A DNA stretch of 64,000 nucleotides, taken from assembly GCF_009914755.1 (NCBI RefSeq), contig NC_060927.1; one strand, 5' to 3'. Numbering within the stretch: position 1 is the first letter of the stretch; each line of letters begins with the position of its first letter. The stretch is from the human T2T-CHM13v2.0 reference genome, Homo sapiens. Below, one piece after another: positions 38,471 through 50,460 of this stretch. A model generated the notes under the pieces. The model had not been told where the DNA came from. It saw only the letters and a program-made list of their open reading frames with translations, and searched no databases. Made by a program: the position numbers and the translations under genes.

Positions 38471-40339
38471 ATGTCTCTAATTGTCCAAATATAGTGACAC
38501 CACACTCTTTCATACATAATAATTTTAATCCTAAAGATTATAGTAGTTGTCTTTATTCTCATATTAAATATCATAGTTGTAAAAGCCATTGTCATGAGGT
38601 TTATAGTGACTTGAGGTCCGTTTGAAGATCCTTAGATAAGAAATGATGCTGAATGTGAACTTGGCTCATTGATTACAAGGGATATGAAAAATGTGAATTT
38701 AAACGTGTCTTAAAGACAAATGTGGAATTTTGAACTTTCTTAAGTTAAAGCATCAATTGACCAGTAGAATTCATTGCACAAAATTAATATACTACTTTTG
38801 AAGCCCTGCTTTGATTACCTTGGATACTACCCTACAACTTATATTATCAGCTTACTTCTTGCTATGTATCAAAAATGGACAGAATGTCACAAGTTCTATT
38901 ATATTTTTGAAAATGAAAAAAAATCTTTGAATTGAAAATGAAAAATATTGATGATACAACTTTAACCCTATTTTTTGTTTCAGTAAGTCAGCATTTCCTT
39001 TAGTAAACAAGAATAAATTCCTGTTCTGCAAATCTTAATGAATATGTATTTTAACTAGATTTAAAATCCTGACCAGTATGTAAACAAAAGATGTTATCAT
39101 TACATAAATGGTTACATAAGTAGTGTTGATTATGCTGGGTTAGCATCATAAATTCTTCCTTTCATTTTGCTTGTATGTGAATGTGTGACAAGTTTCAAAG
39201 AGTACCAGATCAGAGAGGATTTTAAAATCTTCATTTTTACCCAGAATTAACAGATAGTGTGAACTAGAGCGTGTGTCTATTTTCTCATCTAAGAAACGAA
39301 CAACTACATTAAATATTACTAGTCTCTTTCTGCTTTATATGTTCTATGTGTGTCTAAGCCTACTTCTGAATAAGAAAAAAAAAGATTCAAAACAATGACG
39401 TATTGGTGAATGCAATATATTTTCATAGAAGCCCAGCGTAGAGAAGTATGAAATGATGAAATAAAGAGGGGAATGGATTTTTAACTATCTCTTTAAATTA
39501 GCAGTAAGACTCTAGATATAACAATGGTTTTAGAAATCAGAATATAATATTGCAGAATGCACTTCTGACTGGAAGGCACATGACAGCAACAGTTGTGAAT
39601 AAAATTCCTACACAGTCTACTACATTACAAAAGAATAACAGAAAATACTGCTAGAATTGCAAAATCTGTCTGCTCTAGTTAGAATTACAACCTAATTTAA
39701 ATGAGTCCAGTGAACCTACAGAAGAAAGAATCCATTTTCATCAAAGTGGATTCAGCTTGTGGCATGCTGTGTGTGGTTGTGGCCGGAGTCAGAGCCCACT
39801 GGGACTGGCAGCCCCTGCCATCAGTGTCTGTCATGGAGCAGACATTTCTCTCTTTATATTATCAACCAGCTCCAGGCTCCTGGGCCGGTCAGGCCGCAGT
39901 GAAACGCTGACAGTGAACTGTTGCACAGAGAGACCTGTAAGAGGCTCTCACTCTGTATTTAAAGAGCCCAGGAGCTGCAGGAAGACAGTGTTCCTGCCTC
40001 TTCTAAGTGGCATGTATGAAGAGACATCTGATTTAGCAGCTCTGACAGCTCACAGGAAACTTGACCCAGACAGAAACAGAATGTGAAATAACAGGAGCTC
40101 TCATCCTTGAATTTAAAAAAGAGGAGTGGGGGACTAAGAATTCTGAGTGTCCCTGGTCGCAAGGCTTTGTTTGGTGAGTTAAATGCACACTTTCATTTAA
40201 CTTACCAAAACACCATGTATGCTTATAGAATTTAAATATTGTATCATTAATCCTGTAGTAAATAGGTAGTTGTGAAGAAAAAAAAAATCTTTTATCATAG
40301 GAACTGAAGCAGCAATTAAAACACAGCAATAAAAACTGT

Positions 40340-40560
40340 ACCCTAGAATTCTGCGACTTAGTTTCAAAATTTGTTTTGACCACTTAGCTGCGATGAGAAC
40401 TTTGACAAGTTTTTAAAATTTTCTGTTCCTCTGTTTTCTTCATCTGAAAATATGCAGATAATGCTCATATTTTGTTGTAAGAGTCAAATAAGATCCTCTT
40501 AATTGCTTAGTCAATTATCTAATGTTTAGTAATGGCTCAGAAAATATTTAAAGTTATTTT
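40340..40560 (+). mobile_element. MIR SINE
   Basis: CTCTGTTTTCTTCATCTGAAAATATGCAGATAAT..GTTGTAAGAGTCAAATAAGAT. Confidence 0.7.
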
Positions 40561-41729
40561 CCATTTGTCATCAAAATCTATGCTCATTCTAAAATGTCAC
40601 TTGACCTCCTGTATTTGAGTGTGCTGGTCATAATATCCATTGAAATATGCTTTTCAATGCTTCTATAATCTGCATATTTATGTATTTGTGGAAACCCAGT
40701 TTTACCTCTACTGATTAAGAGGTACTATTTGATGAGTTTTAAGTAATTCATTATTAAAAATGGAAAAATTAATATGTAGCTTTATAGTATCAGGAATTGT
40801 GACTAAAGAGCAACAAAGACACAGAAAATATTTTGTAAAAGTAAGAAAGATATGAGCTTTAAAAAAGTACAGAAACAGATTAAATGCTTCAAAAAAAAGA
40901 TATATTTGTGTGTCAATAGCTGGAATGACTCACAGGTACCTTGAACTTAATGTATTGAAAAAAAAAGAACCAATATACTTCCCCACTTATACTGCAACTT
41001 GGCTCTTCAGTCTATTTTGTAATGGATTAATAGCCTATTAATATTAATCATCTGTTCTTATTGGAACCAAATCTTTGTGAATTACACAGCATTAGAAAAA
41101 TATGTTTGAAAATGTTTGAAAAATATATTTAAATGTTTTCATACATTGAAAGTTTTTGTTCAACAATATTTAACTAATGCTTACCATGAGCATTCACTTT
41201 TTTTTAACTTTATAAATAACGTTGAACAAAAAGCAATTATTCTTCCCATAAGGAGTTTACAGTCATTGCAGAAAAAAGCAGATCTACACAGAATACAATG
41301 AAAAATTCTAAACACAATAACAATACAAAACAAAGCCAAAAAAGAAGCAGTGGAGATAACTGGAGATTCAAGAAAAACATCCAAGCATTATTTCTGCAGT
41401 CGGTAATACAGCTTCCCAAGATAATTACATTGAGATCATTCACATCTCCCCCAGTTCTTCAAACCCCTGTTCCAATGTTGCCTTCTCAAGTAATCCATGT
41501 AAAATTTTAACACTCCTCCAATGAGAAGAGGGTTGGGCCTACCTTATTAATTTTTCACACTAATGAAATAAGTTTTACTAATTATTAATTATAAATATGC
41601 ATTATATAACATGGTATAAATTTTAATACATAACCTGGTTATTATTACTTATAAATAATTCGATTTATTATTAATACATATCAACAGCTGGTCTACTGCA
41701 TGTTAACATATACATTTTTTTCTATCATA

Positions 41730-41848
41730 CACTAGAATGAAGATCTGAAAAGGAAGAGATTATCTCCTCTTTAATGCTGTATCCCAAAGCCTAGAAGAAC
41801 CAGAGACTTACTAGCTAATCAATAAATATTGCTGAGTAAATAAATGAC
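41730..41848 (+). mobile_element. L2 3' end
   Basis: GCTGTATCCCAAAGCCTAGAA..TCAATAAATATTGCTGAGTAAATAAATGA. Confidence 0.75.
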
Positions 41849-42049
41849 AGACATTTGCATGCAGGCCTCAAGGAGCAGCTGAAGTGATAGAGGTAGAATG
41901 AGGCAATAAATTATTAGCAAAGAGAGCGGAGTATTTACAGGCAGCGATATACTAATGAACCTAAAAATTTGGAGAATATTTGGAAAAATAAAAGAGCTTG
42001 CATCCCTGGAATGCAACGAAAAGAAAAGTGCTCAAAAAGTGATAATATA

Positions 42050-43720
42050 CACAGTGTCAATTTGTTCACTGCTTTTTTGGAATGTTTGAAATTTATTGTA
42101 AGTAGATCATTTATCCATTAGAGTGACTAAGTGTTTTAAGAGTATAGTTCTATAATCCCATTCAATTAGCTTTTATTTAATGGGTTCCTTCTGGTGGTGG
42201 ACATTTGAGTTGTTTACAGTTATTAAGAATAAAACTACTATAAACATATATCAACAAGTCTGTGTGTGTACCTATATTACATTACTCTGGGATAATGAAA
42301 TTGTAAAATAGTTGAGTCATACAATAAATATACTATATTTCTAAATTTATAAGAAATTTCCATAAAGTTCCCTAAAATAATCTCATTCCACATTTCTACC
42401 AGCATTATGTTAGGATTCCACATTTTTCCCATGCTCAGCAAACTTGGTAATTTTAGAATTTCTAGCTGGTGTGTAGTTACACATCATTATGGTTTTAATT
42501 TGCATTTTCTTAATGAGTAATGATGTGTTTATGCTTATTGGTTATTCATATATTTTCTTTTGTGAACTGTCTAAACAATTTTTTGCATATTTTAAGAGAA
42601 ATGCGTATCTTCTATTACTGAGTTTTAACTGTTCTTCATACTTCCTAAACAGAGGTTTCTTTCAATCTTTGGCAATAAATCTGTGTGTGAATTAGAGAGA
42701 GTATTTGAAGTTTGGGACATTTTTATCTCTTGCTTCACAATTAATTCCCCCTGGGCTCTCTTGATTTTGCCTTGCACATGTATATAGTTTTCCAGATAGT
42801 CAGGGATGCATGAGGAGTTATATAGCTTTCTATGCCTCTCTAATTTCAAAGATTCCACTAATTTTTTGGCAGAATTATCACTGACTCAACCAAGATGCTA
42901 ATTCCAGGCCAGCACAGTCATGGGTTTCCTCATTGTTTCTTACAGACTGTGCTTTATTTTCTGACAATGTCACCAGGCATGGGTATTTACCTTCTGCTGA
43001 AAATCAAATCTGCCCTCTTAGCAGTGAAGCTGCTTTTTATCCTTTTCCAGCCCCACTGTAGTAATATTAACAAATCAAACTTGGCAGGGTAGAGGTTTCG
43101 GGTTAAGGGAAGGGTAAATGGAATGGCTTCAGGCAAGAAGCCTACAGATTCCCACTGTTTTCCCCATTATTCAACAGTTTTTCTTGAATAAACACTTACC
43201 AACTTGTAACTTTGTACATTTCCAGGGATGTAAAATTGTGGAGGTTTTCTTGGCAATATTTGCCAGTTTTTAACTTGTATTCTTGGATGGGGGGAGACAA
43301 TTTGCCAATATCTACTGTCTATTATAGCTAGAAATTAAAAGTCTACTTGATGTGTTTGATGCTATTTTAAATATTATTTTAAATTTTCTTTTTTGTTGTT
43401 GTTACTTTTATTAATGCTATTTAGAAATGCCATTAATTTTTAATAATGTAATATCAAGTAAGGTTGTTTAATTTAGTTTTTCATGCTAATATTTCTTTTG
43501 TAGGCTTTTCTAGATTGTGTACTTGCACAGTCATATGACCATGAGTAATGGCAAGGTTATTTCACTTTATTCAATCTCATTCATTTCCTTTTCTTGCATT
43601 TTAGACCATTTAACTTATCAAGTATGACTTTGAATTGAATTAGTGATAACAAGTATCTTTGTCACATTTTTGTTCTTAGAGGGAAATAATTAATACGTTA
43701 TATCAAATTAAGAATGCCTT
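42050..43720 (-). mobile_element. Ancient L1M fragments (3' ORF2, 5'UTR-like and ORF2 pieces)
   Basis: GGACATTTGAGTTGTTT, GGTTTTAATTTGCATTTTCTTAATGAGTAATGATG, TTCTTGAATAAACAC. Confidence 0.6.
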
Positions 43721-43724
43721 ATTA

Positions 43725-46700
43725 GGGGAGTGTGAGGAAGATGGTGGATAGGAGACAGGGCTAATATACAGCTTCCACTTGAACAGAAAGAACAATGTGT
43801 GGAGACTCACACCATGAACTTTTGCTTGAAGAACCACTGCAGGAATATACCAGAAAAAAAAAAAAAAAGAATTCACAAATCCTTTGAAAAAAGTGGCATA
43901 CTGCTGCAAGTTTCATGAGACAGGAGAAAAATGTGAGTTCTAAAAGTGTGAGGGGGGAATCTACCTTTGAACACACATCCTCACTGGGAATCTAAAAATC
44001 CACATCATTGGAGAAGGATTTAATCTGTAATAGAGCTCAAGTGAATATAAAGAGCTGCACAAAATACAAAAGTAGAAGCAGCAGTGGGAAGAGTATTATA
44101 GTCATTCCCAGTCTCCAGCTTGAGACCAGGAAAGCCATCTCTGACTATACCTCACATGGACCCTCAGGGAAGGCAGCCAGCAGAATTCAAAAAAGGGTTC
44201 CAGGATAAAAGAAGTTTCCAACTGAAATTTGTAACAATTTCTACTGGGCACAATTTTTCTTGAGAAGAATCTGGAGCGTGAATGGGAATTACTTCAGATA
44301 TGAATACAGGAGCCTCTGCCATCAGATCTGCCCAGTGTGGGCAGATGGGGAGGGTCAAGGCCTGAAATCCATGCTTGCTTTCTTAGTGGTGAAGCTTAAG
44401 GCCTGGGGCAAGGTCTAAGCAGGGGACTGCAGGAGCAAGACCAGCCTCGCCAACTGCGTGGGAACTGGGTGAGGACCTTTGCTCCTGGCTATCCCCCAGT
44501 TCTCTGGAAAACTATATGACACAGCAGAGACAGCCATAATCCCATCTGGAACATACCCCACTGGCCTGAGAACCACCCCCATAAGAGTGGCTGCAACAAG
44601 CCCCACTCAAGAAGAGTCTGAACCCAGACCCACCCAACCCTGCTACCATCTGATAGCCCTGGTAGCCAAACACAAAAGACATAAACTCTTTGGAGCTTTA
44701 TGGCCCTGCCCATCACCTGAGAAACTAGATTACTTACCCTAACCAACTTAGTGCAAGTTTACATCCCTCTAATACTACCACAGCTGGTGCTCTCTTGAAG
44801 GCACCACCTCCTGGCAGGAGACCAACCAACTCAGGCCATCACAGCAATGCATGACAGAATAACGCTGCTCCCAGGAAAGAGAAAACAACAGCTAGTTCCA
44901 CTGCCTGCAAAATCCTGGCTAACCAGAGTTCCTGAGTTTGTCCATGTGACAACGTCACTGCTAGCATAACAAGCTTTTGAGAAAGCCAGCATGCTAAACA
45001 TTTCTACAACCAAGAATTCTCACAGAGTCTACTTCACTCTCCTGACACTTCCACCAGAGCAGGTGCTGATAACCACAGCTGGGAGACCTGAAGATGGATC
45101 ACATCACAGGACTCTGCAGACATTCCCCAGCACCAGCCCAGAGTCTGATAACCCTGCTGGGTGGTCAGACCCAGAAAAGCAATAACAATCACTGCAGTCT
45201 GTCTCTCAGGAAGCCCCATTCCTAGAGGAAGGGGTAGAGCAACATATCAAGGGATCCCCCCTTGGGACAAAAGAATCTGAAGAGCAGGCTTTGAGTTCCA
45301 GATCTTTCTGCTGAAATAGTCTACCCAAATGAGAAGAAAATAGAAAAGTAATTCTGGTAATGTGACAAAACAGGGTCCGATAACACCCCCAAAAGATCAC
45401 ACTAGCTCCCCAGCAATGGATCTAAGCCAAGAAGAAATATCTGAATTGCCAGATATATATAGAAAGTTGATTATTAAGCTACTCAAGCAGATACCAGAGA
45501 AAGGTTAAAAAAGCAACTTAAAGAAATTAAGAGAAATACAGGATATGGATGAAAAATCCTCCAGAGAAATAGATATCATAAAGAAAAAAAAAATCACAAC
45601 TTCTGGAGATAAAAGACACACTTAGAGAAATGTAAAGTGGACTGGAAAGTTTCGACAATAAACTAGAACAACAAGAAGAAAGAGCTTCAGAACTCAAAGA
45701 CAAAGCTTCTGAATTAACCCAATCAGATGAAGACAAAGAAAAAGGAATCCACCCCCCACCAGAAAAAAAAGAACAAAGTCCCCAAGAAATTTGGGATTAT
45801 GTGAAATGGCCAACCCTAAGAATAATTGGTTTTCCTGAAGAAGAAGAGAAATCTAAGATTTCTGTAAGTTTGGAAAACTTACTTGAAGGAATAATAGACG
45901 AAAACTTTCCTGGTCTTGCTAGAGAGATAGCCATCTAAATATAAGAAACTCACGGAACACCTGGAGAATTTACCACAAAAAGATCATCACCTTAGCACAT
46001 AGTCCTCAGGTTATCTAATGTCAAAATGAAGGAAAGAATTTTAAGAGCAGTGAGAAAAAAGCATCAGTTTACCTGATTAACAGCGGATTTATCAGCAGAA
46101 AACTTACAAGCCAGAAGGGATTGGGGTCCTATCTTTAGCCTCCTGAAACAAAATAATTGCCAATTAAGAATTTTTTTCCAGCAAAATTAAGCTTTATAAA
46201 TGAAGGAGCAATAGTCTTTTTAAGACAAACGAATGCTGAGAAAATTTGCCACTATCAAGCCAGCGCTACAATAACTGCTAAAAGGAGTTCTAAATCTTAA
46301 AACAAAACCATAAAATACACCAAAATAGGACCTCTTTAACCATAAATCTCACATGTTCTATAAAACAATAACACAATGAAAAAAATTAAAAAAAAGATAT
46401 TAAAGCAACAATTAACATGATTAATAGAACGGTGCCTCACATCTCAATACTAACATTAAATGTAAATGGCTTAAATGCTCCACTTAAAAAATACAGAATG
46501 GTAGAATGGATGAAAATCCACCAACCAAGTATCTGCTAACTTCCAGTGTCTCACCTAACCCATAAGGACTCACACAAATTTAAGGTAAAGGCATGGTAAA
46601 AGATATTCCACATAAATGGAAACCTAAAGTAAGCAGGAGTAACTATTCTTATATCAGTCGAAACAGACTTTAAGGCAACAACGGTAAAAAAGATGAAGAG

Positions 46701-48870
46701 AGACATTATATAGTGATAAAAGCATTAGTTCAACAGGAAAATATCACAATTCTAAACATGTGTGCATTCACAATTCTAAACGTATGCATGTAACACTGGA
46801 GTCCACAAATTTTAAAACAATCACTAGTAGAGTTAAGAAATCAGATAGCAAAACAATAGTAGTGTGGAACATCAATACTCCACTGACAGCACTAGACGTT
46901 TCATCAAGTCAAATTTAACAAAAAACAATGGACTTAAACTACACCCTTGAAAAAAATGGACTCAACAGATATTTCCAGAACATTCTACCCAACAACTGAA
47001 GACTACACATGCTTTTCATCAGCACATGGAACATTCTCCAAGATAGGCCAGATGATAGGTCACAAAACAAGCCTCAAAATTTAAGAAAACTGAAAATATG
47101 TCAAGTATCCTCTCAGACTACAGTGGAATAAAAGTGGAAATTTACTCCAAAGGAAACCCTGAAAACTATACAAATACATGAATATTAAACAATGTACTCT
47201 TGAATGATCTTTGGATCAACAATAAAATCAAGATGAAACTGTAAAAATTATTTAAACTGAATAAGAGTGACACAACTTATCACAACCTCTGGGATATAGA
47301 AAAAGCAGTGCTAGCCTACATCAAAGAAACTGAAAGAGCACAAATAGATAACCTAAAGTCACACCTCAAGGAACTAGAGAAACAAGAACAAACCAAACCC
47401 AAACCCAGCAGAAGAAAAGAAGTAACAAAAATCAGAGTAGAACTAAATGAAATTGAAACAAAATAATACAAAATATAAATGAAACAAAAAGCTAGTTCGT
47501 CAAAAAGATAAAATTCATAAACAACAGCATATAAAAAAGATAATATGCCAGGATCAAGTGAGTTTCATATCAGGGATGCAGGGTTTGTTTAACATATGCA
47601 AGTCAATAAATGTAATACATTAGATAAACAATTAAAAACAAAAACCATATGATCATCTCAATAGATGCAGAAAAAGCATTTAGTGAAATCCAGCATCCCT
47701 TTATGATTAAAACATCCAGCAAAATTGGCATTGAAAGAACTTACCTCAAGGTTAATAAAAGCCATTCATGGCAAACCCATGGCCAACATTATGCTGAATG
47801 AAGATAAGTTGAAGGCATTACACCTGAAAAATGGAAGAAAACAAGGATGCCCTGTTTCACTACACCTATTCAACATAGACCTGGAAGGCCTAGCAAGAGC
47901 AGTCACATAAGGGAAATAAATAAAAGGCATCCAAATTGGCAAAGAGGAAGTTAAATTGTCACTGTTTACTAATGATAAGATCATACTGAGAAAAATCCTA
48001 AAGACTCCTCCCAAAGACTCCTAAATCTGATAAATAAATTCAGTAAAGTTGCAGGATACAAAATCAATGTACACAAATCAGTAGCACTGCTATACATCAA
48101 CAACAATCAAGCTCAGAATCAAATCAAGAAGTCATTCCCTTTACAACAGCTGCAAAAAATAAAATAAAATACTTAGGAATATACCCAAGCAAGGAAGTAA
48201 GAGATCTCTACAAAGAAAACTACAAAACATTGCTGAAAAAAATAATCTATGACACAAACAAGTGGAAACACATCCCATGCCCATGGATGGGTAGAATCAA
48301 TATTGTGAAAATGACCACACTGTCAAAAACAATCTAAAGATTCAATGCAATTCTCATAAAACTACCATCATCACTCTTCACAGACATAGAAAAAAACAGT
48401 CTTAAAATTCATATGGAACATAAAAAAAAAGAACCCTCATAGCCAAAGCCAGACTAAGCCAGAACAAATCTGGAGGGAGGAATTGCATTACCCAACTTCA
48501 AATATACTGCAAGGCTATAGTTACCAAAACAGCATGGTACTGGTATATAAATTGGCACATAGACCAATGGAACAGAATGGATAACCAAGAAATAAAGCCA
48601 AATTTAGCCAAAGGATCTTCAATGAAGGAAACAATACCATAAAGTGGGTGCTGGGGTAATTGGCAAGCCACATGTAGAAGAATGAAACTGGATCCTCATC
48701 TCTCACCTTACCAAAAATCTACTCAAGATGGATCAAACACTTAAATCTAAGATCTAAATCCATAAAAATTCTAGAAGATAACATCAGAAAAACCCTTCTA
48801 GACATTGGCTTAGGCAGAGACCTCATGACCAAGAACCCAAAAGCAAGTACCACAAAAACAAAAATAAATA
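43725..48870 (+). mobile_element. L1PB(a)-like LINE-1 with 5'UTR, ORF1 (from about 45329) and ORF2 (from about 46418), internally deleted and 3'-truncated
   Basis: GGGG..GAAGATGGTGGATAGGAG start. ORF2 N-terminus PHISILTLNVNGLNAPLK. About 550 bp missing near 47515 relative to the copy at 1-4078. No 3'UTR or poly(A). Confidence 0.93.
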
Positions 48871-48871
48871 G

Positions 48872-49024
48872 TGTACATCCTCATTGTCTTCATGTTAAGT
48901 AGGCTGAGCAGAAGAGGAACAGAAGGGGATTGGTCCTCCTATCTCAAGGGTGGCAGAGATGGAAGAAAACTTATGTATAATGGGACTTGTGCAGCTCAAG
49001 CTTGTGTTGTTCAAGGATCAACTA
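48872..49024 (+). mobile_element. Tigger2/MER28-type 3' terminal fragment
   Basis: GTCTTCATGTTAAGTAGGCTGAG..GGGTGGCAGAGATGGAAGAAAA..GTGTTGTTCAAGGATCAACT terminal repeat. Confidence 0.8.
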
Positions 49025-49029
49025 AATAT

Positions 49030-49640
49030 TATTTTGGTAATTAAATTTATGTTGAGTTTTATAGAATGATTCTCTCATCAGATAGTCATATTTTTTCTTT
49101 GTATTAATGTGTATATTTATTTCGTTGTTTTTATTGAAATAAGATTGCATTACTCAGTTAAGTCGTACTTGTTTATGAAGTTTTGAATATCTTGTAATTT
49201 TATGTATTTGATTCTTTATTATTATTTTTTAAATTTCAGATTCTATATTTGTGAGAGAAATGGTCCTGTTATCATCTTTTTATTGTGTACCTTTATTAGA
49301 GTTTTGGTATCAAGATTCTATGGGTCTCATAAAATAGTTGAAAAATTGTAATACATGGAAGAGTTATTAAAAACTACTACAATTTTTTTTTCTCTTAAAT
49401 GAATGGATGAATTCAACCAACAAAACCATGTGGGCCTAGAGATTTTTTTGTGGGAAGGTTTTCAACTGAAAGTTTATTTTGCTTATTGGGTATGGACTAT
49501 AGTGGATTTGTGTTTATTCTTGTGTTCATTTGGTAAGTTCTGTTTTATTATGAATTTTTATCTTTTTCATCTAAGTGTATTTAATAAGCTTTTTCATAGT
49601 ATCTTCATTATCTGTTTAACATTTGACACATAGTTGATAC
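49030..49640 (-). mobile_element. Ancient L1M ORF2 fragment
   Basis: TTTTGGTATCAAG..CTCATAAAATAGTTG..GAATTCAACCAACAAAACCATGTGGGCCTAG. Confidence 0.65.
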
Positions 49641-49816
49641 TTCAGTGTCTACTAAGGAAGTTATTGATATACACTAATCTGAATATAACATTTCAGATTA
49701 ATAACAAGTTCTTAAAAAAATAAATGAAAGGCAAAAATATACTGAAAAGTCTTGCTATTCTGAGATATAATCATATATGTAACTAGATCTTCAATTTTTC
49801 AAATTTTCCTATAAAA

Positions 49817-50460
49817 TTTTACATGTTTTAATTTCTTTTTTTTTTTTATTATACTTTAAGTTTTAGGGTACATGTGCACATTGTGCAGGTTAGTTACATA
49901 TGTATACATGTGCCGTGCTGGTGCACTGCACCCACTAACTCGTCATCTAGCATTAGGTATATCTCCCAATGCTATCCCTCCCCCCTACCCCCACCCCGCC
50001 ACAGTCCCCAGAGTGTGATATTCCCCTTCCTGTGTCCATGTGATCTCATTGTTCAATTCCCACCTATGAGTGAGAACATGCGGTGTTTGGTTTTTTGTTC
50101 TTGCGATAGTTTACTGAGAATGATGGTTTCCAGTTTCATCCATGTCCCTACAAAGGACATGAACTCATCATTTTTTATGGCTGCATAGTATTCCATGGTG
50201 TATATGTGCCACATTTTCTTAATCCAGTCTATCATTGTTGGACATTTGGGTTGGTTCCAAGTCTTTGCTATTGTGAATAATGCCGCAATAAACACATGAA
50301 AAAATGCTCATCACCACTGGCCATCAGAGAAATGCAAATCAAAACCACTATGAGATATCATCTCACACCAGTTAGAATGGCAATCATTAAAAAGTCAGGA
50401 AACAACAGGTGCTGGAGAGGATGTGGAGAAATAGGAACACTTTTACATGTTTTAATTTCT
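49817..50460 (-). mobile_element. Young 5'-inverted L1 (L1PA2-like) with a perfect 20-bp flanking direct repeat
   Basis: Antisense 3'UTR and ORF2 end 49837-50294 with GAGATCACATGG, GGAATATCACACTC and GATGACGAG (non-Ta) diagnostics. Inverted segment 50290-50447. TTTTACATGTTTTAATTTCT at 49817 and 50441. Confidence 0.96.

Noticed and set aside
46744-46790. 24-bp local duplication TCACAATTCTAAAC in L1 ORF2
   Set aside because: An ordinary slippage duplication in a dead element.
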